From the NCBI GenBank assembly GCA_010093815.1, contig ML996567.1: a stretch of 64,000 nucleotides of DNA, one strand, 5' to 3'. The notes beneath the pieces were generated by a model. That model did not search any database, was not told where the DNA came from, and worked only from the letters and a program-made list of their open reading frames with translations. Positions 25,279-38,577 of the stretch are shown piece after piece. Source of the DNA: Pseudovirgaria hyperparasitica. Taxonomy: Eukaryota. Both the position numbers and the translations under genes were made by a program. Each line of letters starts with the position of its first letter. Positions within the stretch are counted from its first letter, which is position 1.

Positions 25279-25950
25279 ATGCCTCGTCGTCCTCGTAAAC
25301 CACCTCGACCAGGCGCCCTTGCAGACCTTGCTCCACTGCGCATAATCACACAGATTGCCATCCTTCAAATCGGCTACTATGTATCCGCAGCGACACTTAT
25401 CCTGTTTACTGCCCTCGTCATGGCGACCCCGATAAACCTCGATCTCCTTTTTAGCTGGCGAAGTCTACGAAGCGATATAACTGTAGGGTGGATGCTTGGA
25501 CTTGTATGGATGCTAAATAGCTTGATATGGTAGGTCAAATTCATATGCTTTTCTCCAAGTCATGTACTCACATGCGCCAGCGTCATCTACCTTCTACTGC
25601 TCATCGCTCGTTCCAAACTCGTCCCCGACTTCGCTCTTACTATACATTTTATCCACCTTATAGCTACATCCCTATACACCAGTGCCATCCCAACATACTG
25701 GTTTTGGTGGGCACTTCAGATCGCGAGTGCCAGCTTAATGGTCTTTTTGGGCATGTGGATCTGCCAGTATCGGGAGCTGCGACCGATCCAATTTGGGAAA
25801 AGTTCTCGAATAAGCCCAACAGCTGCTATGGCAGCTGCAACAGAAGACGACGGCGTTGGCCATAGCCGCGGCAGAGGCCGTGGCAAGGATAGAGATGGCG
25901 TTGAGGAATATGAGATGATAGACACACCAGAAGTCAGCTCTCAGGCGTAG
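25279..25950 (+). CDS. SYS1: Golgi integral membrane protein Sys1, 1 intron
   Basis: PLRIITQIAILQIGYY, RSKLVPDFALTIHFIHL, CQYRELRPI. Confidence 0.9.
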
Positions 25951-26477
25951 ACCGTTATGTTAGACATGCCGTGCAAAGATGACTGTGATGGTGAGGGCAG
26001 TGGTCGAAGACACAAGTGGTCATGCATATATAACAAGTGGTTTTTTTTACAGAATAGATTTATTCGGATGCACATATTCTAAAATCAACTCAATATTTGT
26101 AGACAATACGGAAGTCGTACTATGCGGTTTTAGTGCTAACCACGAAGTATTGCAAATGCTCGAATATGGCTTGCTATGATCGACGTGATCGCGAATGAAA
26201 CAATTATCACGTGACCGTACTGGTGCGCTTCCGCCGCTATATGTATCTCGAGTTTTGGACTCATTTCTTTCTGAGGCAGGTTAACTCGTGCAGCCAGAAG
26301 TTAACGCTCGCGTCAACACGCTCTTCGCAATAAGTGTAGCTGCATATTACCTGACAGTCTCGTCCAAGGACTAATATATTTCTTTGTCGCTTCATTCATG
26401 GATCTCGGCGCAAGACAGTACATATCGAACGTAGGAAGCTTTGGTTGACTGTCACCTGCTAAAGGCCAAATCCTACC

Positions 26478-29400
26478 ATGGATGGTCATCAAGGCTCGGA
26501 CATAGGACCTTCGAGTTTCTATACACAGCACGGTGATTCCAGGGAGCAGAGCTATGGGTATCAATACCCTGGTCCGTCCGAGCAGTACGATACACCTGAA
26601 TACCACTTCTTTCCCAATGTCACAGGAGCGCTTCCCAACGTTCACGAAGGCTTCATACCCAGTGTATATGGTCAGCATGACCAGGTTATTGACTACAATC
26701 AATTCGATTTTCCGGATTTCGCGCAGTCGGACGATGAAGACGAAGACATGGAAGGGTCTGATGAGGATCAAGCATCTACCTTGAATGAAGAAGAGCTACG
26801 CAAGATTGAGCTTATAGCGAATGACCCGCGCGCTGATCCTGATTACGAACACACGGGCGAGGCTACTCCCGGTAACGAAGATGAACCTTCTGATTACGAA
26901 ATTACGGATGAAGACGAAGCAAGTGATGCTAAACGTGGACGAGGCCAAGTGCGAGTTGCGCGAGGTATTAGTCGAAGCCGTGGCCGTGGTCGAGGAGGTA
27001 GAGGCAAGACAAGAGGAGGACATGGTCGCGGCCGCGGCCGCCCAAAAGTGGCTGTTGAGGAGAATGCTATTCGCCGACGAAAAGGCCCACAGCCTGGGCC
27101 GGAGCCGGGTCCTGAATTCAAGGCCAAAGAAACCAAAGCAACCACAGCATACTTCAAGAACAATTATGAAGAGGCGCTACAGTATGCCCAGGAAGCGGTT
27201 CATGCAGATCCATCGTTGCTCGCAGGCCATAGTCTATTGTCTGAAATTCTTCTGGCAATGGGTCGTGAAGTTGACTCTGTCCACGTTCTCTTCAATGGAG
27301 CCCTGACAAAACGAGATGTAGAACTTTGGGAACACATCGCTGAGCGATACGATGGGCTCAAGAGTATGCCTCCAGGGGAAAGACGAAGGTGGCGCGAATT
27401 ATGCCTCTCCAAAATAATCGCTCTCGATACGGCAAACTACGAAGCGCGCGAGGAGAAGATGAAAATAGAGCTCGAGACTGGTAACATCACGAAGGCCTTC
27501 AACACTTGCAAGAAATTGCTCGCACTGCGGCCCAACGAAGTTGAAGTTCTCTATCAGCTAGCGGAACTATGTTCCTATCGACAGATCCTCAAGCAGAATA
27601 GAAAGCTACAGAATGCGGTTCAGTGTTTTGACAAGTCTTTTGAATACTATTTCAAGCATGATAGCCCCATATCTAGTGATCTGGATTGGTCTTTACTGAA
27701 CGTGTATCTTGAGCTGCTCCACAACGCTACAATGGACCCCAGAATCGTTCTCTCCAGGCTTAGCACAGTTGGTAGATGGCTCCTTGGCCGTAAAGAAGAG
27801 AGCTTCTGGGGCACGCAGCTAGACGATAGGGAGTGGGATATATCAAATGAGCGGAGACGGCAGGTACCAGAATTCCAAGCCGACCTTCATTCCATGGACG
27901 CCTACGGTGCCGGTCTGCCCTTGGAGATCCGTATGAGAATGGGGACTCTACGTCTGTCTATGGGAGCTAAGCATTACGAAGAAGGCTGTGTGAGTCAAAG
28001 TTCCTTCTACGCGTGAGAATGGGCTAATGTCACTCTAGAAACATTTAAGGCATATAGAAGAGGCAGATGGGTCTGTCTCAAAAGAGACACTGTCTGCGTA
28101 CTATGACACAATTCTTGAAGTGACAAAGGTTCTCACCCAGCACACGCTATACCCTCTGGCCTTGAAATATCTCGAAGCCTTGCGCGACTACACTGCTGTG
28201 GTCAAACCAGAAGTCTATCGGGGATTGATCACATGCTACAAAGCATTGAATCGTATCACAGACGCTGGAAGTTGCGTCCGCTCCCTCAGAGATTCAGGTA
28301 ACAAAGATCTAAGGTCTCAGGCAATTATTGCTAGACATCTTCAAGATACTGGAAGGGAGGATGAGGCCAAAAGTTTGATTCAAGAACTAATGCAGAGAAG
28401 CGGTGCTGAAATCATTCTGAGGGAAGAAGGTGTGAGCATTCCGAAACTACCTAGATCTCTACGATATGGTAGACGTGGGCCATACCGCTTCCGCCGAAAG
28501 AATGCTGTACCCAATAAAATTGCCATTGAAGCTATGCCCGAGGAGTTAGTAGCAGCCATGGGAATTGAACCAGGGCAGGATGTGGAGTGGGACGTTGAGA
28601 AATACCGAAGGCTCGGATCATTCATGCAGCGATTTGGGCCTGACCAGCATGAGAAATTGCAAGCCGCTAAAGCCCGAGACCAAGTGATCAGGGAGCTTGT
28701 ACAGCATCTCGACGTCCTCACCACAATGCTCGATAACGGCGACATCAACGCGTCTGAGGAATATCTCGCGATTGCAAAAATCATGATCGATGAATTCAGT
28801 AGCTGCAAGGCCTTCTTCCCTATTCGTGAAAAACGAATGGCATTTACGGGTTACCATGTTTCGAGACGCGGTGACGTGGATGATGCGGCGCTGGAGCTCG
28901 CTGAGTTGGCAAACCAGCTGGCTGATGAAGAGGGTAGTACTGAAGTCCGAGACCCCTTAAGCATCCCTGACAGTTTCCACGGCATCAAGTTTCAAGACTG
29001 GCTCGAGCTATTCTGCCGCTATAGTTTCGTGGCTGCCAAAGATGGATATCTCGATAACTGCTGGAGTGCCCTGAACATAGCCAACAATGCAAACGTCTTC
29101 CTCCGCGACAAACAAGGCATGCAACAGCTATATGCCTGCTGGCTCGCCTGCGGCCTCGCCCTCAACAACGAAGATCTTATTTCCCAAGCCTCCAGGCTCT
29201 ACATGAAAATGTTTCCTTACGCCAGCGATGCATACCGTCTTTTCGGCATTGCAAACCGCGCCTACGTTGGAGAACGCATCCAGTATAACAGCGGGCCCTG
29301 GCTCAAGTACCTCCTACGGCAAGTCCGCGGCATGGATTATGCGCTCCTCCCGGTCGACAAGCGGCGGAAATACAACTTTGAAGCCCAGGACCACCTCAGC

Positions 29401-29982
29401 TTTTCCGCAGGGGCAACTGACGGAAATCCGCACAAGCTTGCGGCGCATGATGTTGTGCTGTTCATGTGCTACGGGCATATGTTAATTATTGGCGGGTCAT
29501 ACTACACGGCACTCAACTACTACTTCCGCGCGTACTCCATCCGGCCCGAGGACCCGATGATTAGCTTTGCCATCGGGCTGTGCTACGTCCAGAATGCCCT
29601 CAAGTCCAAGGTAGATAACCGACAGTTCCAGTTGCAGCAGGGGCTGGCGTTCATGTATCGCTACTACGATCTGAGGCGCAAGAGCGATCGGGCGATACAT
29701 AAACAGGAAGCGGAGTTCAACGTTGGACGCACATGGCATATGCTTGGACTGGCGCATCTGGCTGTACCTTGCTATGAACGGGTGTTGCAGATGAGCGAGG
29801 ATGTTATCAGGGAACAGAATGCCTCTATGGAGAGTGTGGCTGATGAGGACTTCGATGAGGAGAACGCTGGATATGAAGACTTCGCGACAGAGGCTGCGTA
29901 TTCAATGCAGGTCATGCTAGCGATCAATGAAGATTTTGGCGCTGCACGCAAGCTTACCGAGACTTGGTTAGTGATCGAATGA
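26478..29982 (+). CDS. TFC4: TFIIIC TPR subunit Tfc4/tau131, 1 intron
   Basis: Acidic then RG-rich N-terminus and TPR-like helices; C-terminal ALNYYFRAY..., NRQFQLQQGLAFM, QEAEFNVGRTWHMLGLAHLAVPCYERVL, TEAAY, WLVIE. Confidence 0.9.
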
Positions 29983-30214
29983 CAGGAGACACCTGCGGGT
30001 ATGTATTCTGGCTGGAAAGAAGCATAGAGCAGTGCTGTCAACCAGTTAACGGTGTACTGTCATGTCTTGGAATTGAAAAACAAAAAGCTCCATAGCCTCA
30101 TCGAAACGTGGAAAAACTATACATCGGCTCGTGTATCCAAGCACTAATTGGTATCTCTCCGGACAAACGCCACGCCACAAAACGCACCTACACAACCATA
30201 ACGTTAATGGAAAC

Positions 30215-33200
30215 CTACCACCCAGCACGATACAGCGGCCTCGTAGTAGACTTGCCCAGTACATGTCCGAGTGTAGTCCCGCCTCTCCCGGCCCCATGTC
30301 TAGTCCTAACCTGCCAACCCCTAGCCACACTCTGAAATAGCATTACGTCCTTCCCCAGAGACTCCAACCTCCGAGTTTGCCAGTCTCTCCAGGCCCTCTG
30401 TAGGACTATAGCTGCACCTACAACCCGCTCCCGCGTGCGGACCACTACGGCACAATGGCTTGCCAGCCGCATAAGCGCTATTCGCCTTCTGGCTTCCTCA
30501 CGAGAAATTCTCTTCCTATAGACACGCTGTATGACAGAAGCGGCCCGATGTGAGATGGACAGCGGAATCAAGCGTGAAGCAAGGAAGGCAAGGCTTATGA
30601 GTATGAAGTCCTTGCTGGGTATTTGGTAATGTTTCGTCGGCGTAGAGAACAGTGTAATAAAGGCCCGGGAGCATCCCACTTGTCCAAGTTTCTCAGCTAG
30701 CGTCATCGGCGGATGAGTACAGAACTGGTGTTGATAGGGCTGTCCAGTAGGCTGACTGGGTGTCTTACAGAAAGGGAGATATTCGTCTACAATGGCTTCA
30801 AAAATGCGGCCGTCTGCGAAGCTCGTCGTGAGGTTGCGGAGGTGAAGATGGTGGAGACGTGCGATTGAAGATGTCCACTCTCGGAGAAGAAATTCGTACC
30901 GGCTATGGCCGCCATGGTCCGGCAATTGGTCGTCTGATATATCATCGTCCGCGTTGAGATGATTCCCGTTAGACCTCCTACGGAAGCGATCTGTCTCTTT
31001 CTCGACTTCCTTCCAGTCTACAAGCCCTTTCAAGCCCCATCGGCCGACAATCGTCCAGAGTAGACCAAGAGTCTTTTCACGGTGTCCATCAACGATATCG
31101 TCAGCGGTGACAGCATCGAGGGCACTAAATGCGGTGCCTCCCATCCCTTTAAGAGCACTTAGTGCTATCTGTACATTGTAGTGTTTCTGTGCATGACTGG
31201 CTGCAGGGAGTTTCAGATGCTGTGACAATAGCCATGAGCTCTTTTCGTTGTGCACATCACTCTGCAGGACGTCTCCTGTGGGTAGACTGATAGTGATGGT
31301 ATCATCTCGGGACTCAAGCAGATGCACCGGGTCATATAATACCAGTTCAACAAGCCGTGCAAGAAGCACACCGTCTCGAAGGTCTGTGGCAATATTCCTG
31401 ATGCGATATCTATACTCCTGGAGTAAGTGCTGGGTATGTGAGACCTGATATTGAACATGTCCGAGCGGCCTCGTGATATCACCCAACGAAGGAAGTAGCA
31501 TCCTCGCCAATTGTTGCAGTACCGAGGCTGATGTCTTGTGTGCTGACATGGTCTGAAAGAGGCAATCAGTCACCACATTTGCGTTCTTCGCCTTGTCCAA
31601 GAGCAGAATGATCATGAGACTGCGTAGTACCGTTCGTCTCCATGACCAACGTTGCGAGCCAAAGCTGTCTGCCTGTGGCTCGTGGGCTCTAGCTATACTT
31701 GCGATGCTTCCAATACCGGATTTTTGTTTTATGGCGTCCTCGTTGCGAATTACGAAGGCATTGATGAAGTCTTCGAGGGCTTTCTTCAGTCTTCTTCGGA
31801 CACCCTGCTCAGATAGAGTAGTGCCCGTAGAGTTTCGAGTCGGTACGATTACTTCTCGGCCGACAACGACCTCAACTGCAGCTTTCAAGACCTGGAGATT
31901 ATACGACTCGACCCAGAGTTCTAGAAAGCGTTGTCGCAGTCCAATGTCATCTTTGAGCCGGAGCGAGCTTGATAGAACATCGTCAGGGATATTGAGAGCG
32001 CCATAAGATAGTGAAGCTTGCAACCGTTTGTGTAGCTGTGAGATGGTGGGATCATGGTAAAGTCCCAGGATAGCCTGTCGAAGTTCCGCTGGATCGACTC
32101 TCTTCTTCGTCTGGTCATGTTGTCGGAAGGAATTATTGATTAGCTGAGAGAGAGCGACTTCTTGGTTATCAAGCCAATTGTCTTCGTATAGTTCAGGTCT
32201 TGGAAGATCGTCTCTGAGCACGGGGAATCTTTGCAAGGGAGGGGAGTCCTTTGCAACCGATGTCGTGATGCCAGGCCTCCTACGTAGAGCTGAAGGTGGT
32301 GATCTTTTTGTTCGGAACGGCGAGGCATGATCTGTAGGAGCTGTAGCAGAGCTCCGCCCGCTCACAAAACGCTCAGTGGCTGCCATAGAGAAATCCCGTG
32401 ATTTGATCATTTTCGCTGGAGATTCTTCTGATCCTGCTTGTTCTATCCTCACTCTCTTGCGCCCAGATGGTGCGACATTGTCATTGACGGTAGATAAACG
32501 AGGACGCAAGAAAGAAACTCGCGGTTTCCGAGGGGCCTCAGATGTTGTAGCCCTCTCGATCTTCGCTTGACCGGCCATGTTGATGAAAGACTTACTCGTT
32601 TTTCCTGGAGGGATGTTCTCCTTGCCAGTCTCGGAGCCAGGTAAGTTGGGCGCGAAAGATACAGACTGTGAAGTACGACGCGACGGTAGTAGTACTCCCT
32701 TTTTTGGTGGTACAGCAAGAGATTTCCGGCTGGCTTTGACCTGCTTAATGGCTGGAACGAGATGCGTTGTCTCCTCTTCCGAAAGCGTGACAAGCTCTAG
32801 ACCAAGATCGGGAGATTTGGCCCGTCTCGTCTTAGGATGATGGGAGGGTGCTCCGGGATGTAAGGTCATAATGGTCGTATACTCAGAAGGCACATAGATC
32901 GTTCTCCTGCGAGGGTCCTTGACCAGCTGGTTTGATCCGGTGGATCTCGCTGATGGGCCACACAGCCGTTGAGGTTCAGCTCTCCGGACGGCAGCTTGCG
33001 TAGCGGATGCCTTTCTGGCCTCAGCAGATTCTGAACGACTGCCCTCGATGCATGTCTGTCGCTCTTCCAGAATTGCAGAAATGCGGCGGCGATTTGGGCG
33101 CTCCGTAGCGTCTGTTAAGCGAATAGTGCAAGTATCTTCTCCCTGTATAGAAGCTTGCGGTGCGATAGACAGTCTTTGGGCTGGTCGAGCAAGAAGTGTT

Positions 33201-33538
33201 GAAGTTCTGCGAATCGAGTTTTTGGACACACTTCTTTCAGCCTGTTCCAGCCATGGATCAGGCGCAGCCTGTACCTGATGGTCTATGTAAATCTCTGTTG
33301 CTGGATCAAATCTGTTCTTGCGCGCCAGCGTTTTTGGTCTCCTCGGTCTTGCGTTGCGGATGCTGGCCTTGAGTTCGGTGGTGTAGTCAAGATTCGCGGT
33401 TGTGTCCTCAGTATGATAGTACTGGTCTGTTGAATTGAGATATGCCGGGGGGTTATTGGTATTTATCGGGCCTGGATAGATGCCCCCGAAGCTGGAATTG
33501 CCTGGGCAGGGCGTGCCAGCTGCTGAGTATCGGCGCAT
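30215..33538 (-). CDS. Asp/ASPM-like calmodulin-binding protein (fungal Sha1), CH domains plus IQ motifs
   Basis: NIATDLRDGVLLARLVEL, DIVDGHREKTLGLLW, NLTTSFADGR; IQ-like VIQRVYR, VLQRAWR, FQSVARGW; first ATG MRRYSAAGTPCP. Confidence 0.85.
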   Translation of the reverse strand: MRRYSAAGTPCPGNSSFGGIYPGPINTNNPPAYLNSTDQYYHTEDTTANLDYTTELKASIRNARPRRPKTLARKNRFDPATEIYIDHQVQAAPDPWLEQAERSVSKNSIRRTSTLLARPAQRLSIAPQASIQGEDTCTIRLTDATERPNRRRISAILEERQTCIEGSRSESAEARKASATQAAVRRAEPQRLCGPSARSTGSNQLVKDPRRRTIYVPSEYTTIMTLHPGAPSHHPKTRRAKSPDLGLELVTLSEEETTHLVPAIKQVKASRKSLAVPPKKGVLLPSRRTSQSVSFAPNLPGSETGKENIPPGKTSKSFINMAGQAKIERATTSEAPRKPRVSFLRPRLSTVNDNVAPSGRKRVRIEQAGSEESPAKMIKSRDFSMAATERFVSGRSSATAPTDHASPFRTKRSPPSALRRRPGITTSVAKDSPPLQRFPVLRDDLPRPELYEDNWLDNQEVALSQLINNSFRQHDQTKKRVDPAELRQAILGLYHDPTISQLHKRLQASLSYGALNIPDDVLSSSLRLKDDIGLRQRFLELWVESYNLQVLKAAVEVVVGREVIVPTRNSTGTTLSEQGVRRRLKKALEDFINAFVIRNEDAIKQKSGIGSIASIARAHEPQADSFGSQRWSWRRTVLRSLMIILLLDKAKNANVVTDCLFQTMSAHKTSASVLQQLARMLLPSLGDITRPLGHVQYQVSHTQHLLQEYRYRIRNIATDLRDGVLLARLVELVLYDPVHLLESRDDTITISLPTGDVLQSDVHNEKSSWLLSQHLKLPAASHAQKHYNVQIALSALKGMGGTAFSALDAVTADDIVDGHREKTLGLLWTIVGRWGLKGLVDWKEVEKETDRFRRRSNGNHLNADDDISDDQLPDHGGHSRYEFLLREWTSSIARLHHLHLRNLTTSFADGRIFEAIVDEYLPFCKTPSQPTGQPYQHQFCTHPPMTLAEKLGQVGCSRAFITLFSTPTKHYQIPSKDFILISLAFLASRLIPLSISHRAASVIQRVYRKRISREEARRRIALMRLASHCAVVVRTRERVVGAAIVLQRAWRDWQTRRLESLGKDVMLFQSVARGWQVRTRHGAGRGGTTLGHVLGKSTTRPLYRAGW

Positions 33539-35024
33539 TGAGTTAAATTCACCTCCGTTCCGTTTGGGATTGTTTGGTACTCGACACTCTCGACAAAGTC
33601 CGTGCCGTATTAATACATACTTATCGGTAGATGACAATGAAAATTCCGTGTTCCTGTTTGTTGGAAAAACGAAGGCTATGTTGAACACATGTCCCGAGGT
33701 TGTACGATTTGGGTTTATCCTTGGCGCTCGCAAAACAGCTTCGTTGGCCAGGCAACAAGAGAAAGTCATTTCCCAACTACACAACTATATACCATTATTT
33801 ACCTACAAGTTCACCATGCTCTAACTCCTGTGTTGTTTTGAATGCCAAATTAAGCTCTCTCGATCGAAACCACTGCATGTCTGGGCTAGTATAGGCTCTA
33901 TCGGCGGTCACTATGTTGCTGCTATGGTACGCTGATTATGTATACGCCGGTCTTTTGATTCGGAGAGAGTATCGTGCACTATACTTTCCTCAGGCCGTCG
34001 AATAGAAATAAGCATAGTGGCAGGTAAGGGACGTAAAATGGTTATGTAAACATTCGAGGAAACACAGGGATTTGTAGGTAGGCTCCGTCAGCCAGAACTT
34101 CAGAAGGATTCTCAAAGTCCAGCTGAGTAACAAACAACGGCTGTCTAACGTCGTTCCGACTTCGTGATTACAAGTATAATAACCTCCATGGCTTAGACGA
34201 TGCATCGCAGTGTATAAACACGCTATCGGGGTGTCAAACCACAACAGCTCCAACAGCCCAGGCAGCCAGGAACGACTGAAAAACATGTTTCATATCAGAG
34301 TCACCATCTGACTAAATGCATGGGTTATCCTCTAGTCTGCATGCTATCTGTTAATGAGTCCTTCCGGGAGACATGCGACGGTCGTTGTGTCCTCAAATAT
34401 GGGAAGTTACAAGAGCGACAGCGGAGTGCCATTGATACTAGTACTTTCTGAGTTTGGCAAGGAAGGAGATGTGAACGCAGTGATGAGAGTGTAGATGAGC
34501 TCAGGCTATTTGATGACAACGAGAATGCGACAGATACAAGATCATCTTGGCTGTGAAGCAGGTTGAGTTCTCTCTAATGTCGAGTCGATGTGCGCCTTCC
34601 ACTTATCAGACACTGGGAGTATCTTACGCCGCTTACATAATAGCATACGGCATAAGTACCTGCTTTCTGAGCAACCTGCAGGTGTAGCCGACCCTTCATG
34701 CGTATTTTATAGCATGAGGCGCGGAGTTTTGAGGTGGCTGTTTAGTTGGAATCAGACAGATGGAACGGTTAACACGTTGTTCCAGAGTTACATCAATTCA
34801 CTGCCTGAGATGCCATCGACATGCCTTATTGTCACGAACCAGAAATGTAGATGAATCACGAGGACCCGTCACATGCAATCACAATCTTGACATTACGATC
34901 TAATCTACGCCGCAATATCACAAGCAATGCGCATCAACACAGCTTTAACGACAGAGGGTATCTTTTAACACCACAACCCATTCAGTCATTACAACGAAAA
35001 AACTTACTGCCCGCCACATCCTCC

Positions 35025-36868
35025 TTATACGTTCTTCTCGCCCAAGCCGTTGTTCGGCTCGCCATCAGAACTTGTTCGCTTTGGCTCTACGCTACGAAGG
35101 TTGTCTGGGTCAAACTCTGGGGTGCCTGGCACCTCTCCAGCAAGTTGCTCGAGCGTCTTCCGCTTCGTTTCGGGAATGAGAAATGTGGTGAAGATACCGA
35201 GGAACATAAAGAGGGCGTATATCTCCATGACGTGATTGAGCCATGGCGATGCCGTGTGGGGTGGTGGTGAGCCACGAGTGCGCAGAGGGCCGATGAGGAC
35301 TTGGGCGATGATGGCACCGACCTTACCTGAGGCAGCCGAAATACCATGGGAGGTGGAACGGTAGCGAGTAGGAAAGCACTCGCCGGGAACGATGAAAGTT
35401 GTTGCGTTGGGGCCTTGCAAGGGTTAGTAAATGGCCAACAAGGGCATATGAGGAAAAAGTGCTCACCAAAATTGAAAAAGAACTGGGAGAGGACGTATAG
35501 GGCGAGGAGTGCGCCACCAGAGAGCTTGTGGTAAGCAAATCCAATGATGCAGAAGAGGATGGTCAGAATAATGAAGCCCATGAGTTGGATTGGCTTGCGG
35601 CCGACAGTGTCAACCGTAGCTACGGTAACCCAGTATCCAGGGATAGCACCAGCGCAGACGAGGATCAAGTTACCCACGGAGGCGTTGTAAAAGCGGGTAT
35701 ACGGTTGTGTGCTACTGGCATAGCCGATCTGCTGCAAGATAACAGTGTTATTGAGACCGAGGCCATAGAAGGCCACATCGAGCAGGAACCAAGAACCAGC
35801 GGTACCGATGAGGATCTTGGCGTATTTCCACTTGGAGTAGTGGTGGATGAAGTCTTTGAAGCCGGCCTTGGGCACCTCAAGGTGAGCAGCGTCGTCAGTC
35901 TTGGCCTGAATGCGGGTGATCTCGTCGGGGTTGCCATGAGCAACACCGGCGAAGTAAGCCTTAACGTCAGAGCCAGCCTGGACAACATCGCGCTGTACAT
36001 CAAAGGTGTAGCGAGGAGTCTCTGGGATGGTGAGACGGTAGTAGAGGGCAATGCAACCGGGAACAGCACCAAACCCGATAACAACCCGCCACATTTTGTC
36101 AACAGCCAAGCCACAGACGCCGTCGCAAGTAGCCACAGATGTGGCAGACAGAAGCGATTGCTTGAAGCCGACGGTGACAATGAGAGAAATGATGGCGGCG
36201 GTGAATTGGCCAATACCCTGCATGGCAAAAACGGAGCCCATCATGGCGCCTCTCCATTTCGTGGTAGCGAATTCGGAGGTGATGACTGAAGACAAAGGAT
36301 AGTCACCACCGATACCAATACCCATAAGAACACGCCAGAAAATAATAATCCCGACTACAGAGATAGCGCGAGAGGCAGAGGACAGGGCTTGGGCAACAGT
36401 TGCAAAGATGATTAGGATCAGCTCGAGGCCGTACATCTTCTTGCGACCAACGATATCAGCAAGAATACCGAATCCAACCTGACCGACGACGGTTCCGGCA
36501 GAGGTAGCAACTTTAATGGCGGTGTCCGCATTGGTAGGGATGGTACCAGGACCGCTCGTTGCGTTGTGCCAGTAAACAACACCTGATGGAGGTTAGTGAA
36601 TATCGGATCAGTGGCTGGAGTAACTGGACTCACCCAACATCTGCGTGACCAAGTTGATGGCGAAGATATCGTAAGCGTCCGTGAAGAAACCGATACCAGC
36701 TACGACAATGGCACGAACGTGATACCAGCCGAATGGGGCCTTGTCCACCTCGGCGAGAGCGAGACGACGACGCTCATTGGGGTCGGCAATGTGAGCATAG
36801 TCGTTGTGGAAGTTGTGGAAGGCTGCATTGCCTCCGGCAGTCTTGAAGACAGCGGGCGGGTTTGCCAT
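35025..36868 (-). CDS. PHO84: High-affinity phosphate:H+ symporter, 2 introns
   Basis: GIGFFTDAYDIF, GIGIGGDYPLSS, FFFNFG/PNATTFIVPGECFPTRYRSTSHGISAASGK. Confidence 0.96.
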
Positions 36869-37191
36869 TGCAAACAAGGGAGCTAGGTTGCTTCTATGAA
36901 GAACGACGTAGCCCAGCCTAATTGGTGTGAAGAGAAATGGATGCTGATGACGAGGATCAATATGAAGCCCAAAGAAGCAGAGTGCGAGGGTGGATGGAGA
37001 GGGTTTATATTGAGCAGTTGGGTGGTTGTGAGAAGTAGTGAAATCACTTTGATAGCTTACATGGATGGAACCTAGCGGGAAGCATGGGCCTACGCGACAT
37101 GCCATGATCCATCGTGCTCGGGCTTACACGGGATGCCCAGAACGCCACTAAGCTTGTTGAATTGGCGTCTGGCCTCTGAGCGTGGGCAATC

Positions 37192-37227
37192 GGCAAATGG
37201 CAGATGGCAGATGGCAAATGGCAACTG
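37192..37227. repeat. 7-bp tandem repeat (GGCARAT) x~5 upstream of PHO84
   Basis: GGCAAAT GGCAGAT GGCAGAT GGCAAAT GGCAACTG. Confidence 0.85.
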
Positions 37228-37389
37228 ACCTGCGCGACGGCGTGGAGTTGCAACAGTAATTAGCAGCCGTAGACGGCAACATCTGGACCTGGATAGCCAT
37301 TTTCCTCGTCAGGTAGATCTCATATCAAACGATGCTACCGCGGCTCCCTCGTGGCGCTCAGTACAGCCAGTCAGTCGTCAAACCACAGG

Positions 37390-38577
37390 CACGTTGGGCG
37401 GTCCTTTATCATGAAATCCTATTCCTAAGCGCAAATGTCCTCCCATCCGACCCGTTGCCAGCTTCGATAACGATGACATGATCGAGAAAGCCGTGGAGAT
37501 GGTGACATGGCCCACCTTTCCAGCCAGCAGATCTTGTATATCTTGTATGATGTGCCTGGTGTCTGGTGCATGGTATCTTTAAAACATCAACAGTTGTCGA
37601 CACAGACTATAAGATATACATCTAGTCGGACAAATCAGACGAGTGTTCTATAAACGGACACTATAGTCTCATTGCTTGGAGCCCATCATAACCGTAGCCA
37701 ATTTTCAATCAATTTTCTTTTCCATCGACTCAAACGTTCGAGAAGCCTACAAGACCTAGACGAGGTGCGCACAGACTAAGAAAAAAGAAGAGTGAGTGAC
37801 GACGGTGTTGACATGCAATGCGCACCAATCACAGTCAAGAGTGCGGCAACGTGCGCGCGTTCCCGCTAGCCGTTGGATACTCCCGAGGTCGGAACGCGGA
37901 GAGACTAACCCGAAACAGACCTCTCTCCAGTCGCAATGGGCCCCCCCTCCCGAAACCCCCAACACGACTATTATGTACTATGAGTGATGAGTTCGGGAGT
38001 ATTATGTACTACGACCACTCAAACGACTAATAATATCATCTTAGATGCTCCAGCAAAAACACTTACACGAGCTATCCCACGACCTGAGTCCCACGGTAAT
38101 ATTCGCCGCCAGCCAGTTACGACTAGATAGATATCCTATAACTGAATGAGACCACAAGAACGTTCCTTGGTATTACTGGTGCATTGTGCATCTCGCTATG
38201 TTGGTGGTCGGTATGGTAGGTAGTTGACGACCCTCACCACTACTATGTACACCTTGTCACAAGGCAGATCGCCAAGTAAAGGCTTAGCTCACTCCCTTGT
38301 ATACGTTGCCGGCTAGCCATCTCTTAGCAATGCTTGTATGCTTCCCGACATCGACAGACATATCGTTCATGCGTCAGCCCAGGCTTCTGACTCTGGATCC
38401 ATAATTTCACAAAGAGCAGTCCAGCTCTGACACTAATTACTTGTCAAATTCTTTCACCGACGGCCCAGTCAACAAGTGGGCACTGCTTCAGCACTCTGTT
38501 ATTGTGGACTGGAGTCAGCCACCAATACCTTATTGACTATAACGGTAAGGCTCCTTCCGCACCTGCATACCCACGTG
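37390..38577. promoter_or_regulatory. Candidate Pho4/NUC-1/PalcA-type CACGTK sites upstream of PHO84
   Basis: CACGTT at 37390-37395, AACGTG at 37848-37853, CACGTG at 38572-38577; TATAAA on the minus strand at 37004-37009. Confidence 0.5.

Noticed and set aside
33539..33784. N-terminal extension of the Sha1/Asp ORF shown in the ORF track
   Set aside because: The track starts at a non-ATG codon and the extension looks like leader sequence; MRRYSAAGTPCP is my preferred start, although an earlier in-frame ATG is not excluded.
35528..36289. 253-aa ORF antisense to PHO84
   Set aside because: Typical antisense open frame caused by codon bias in a highly expressed gene.
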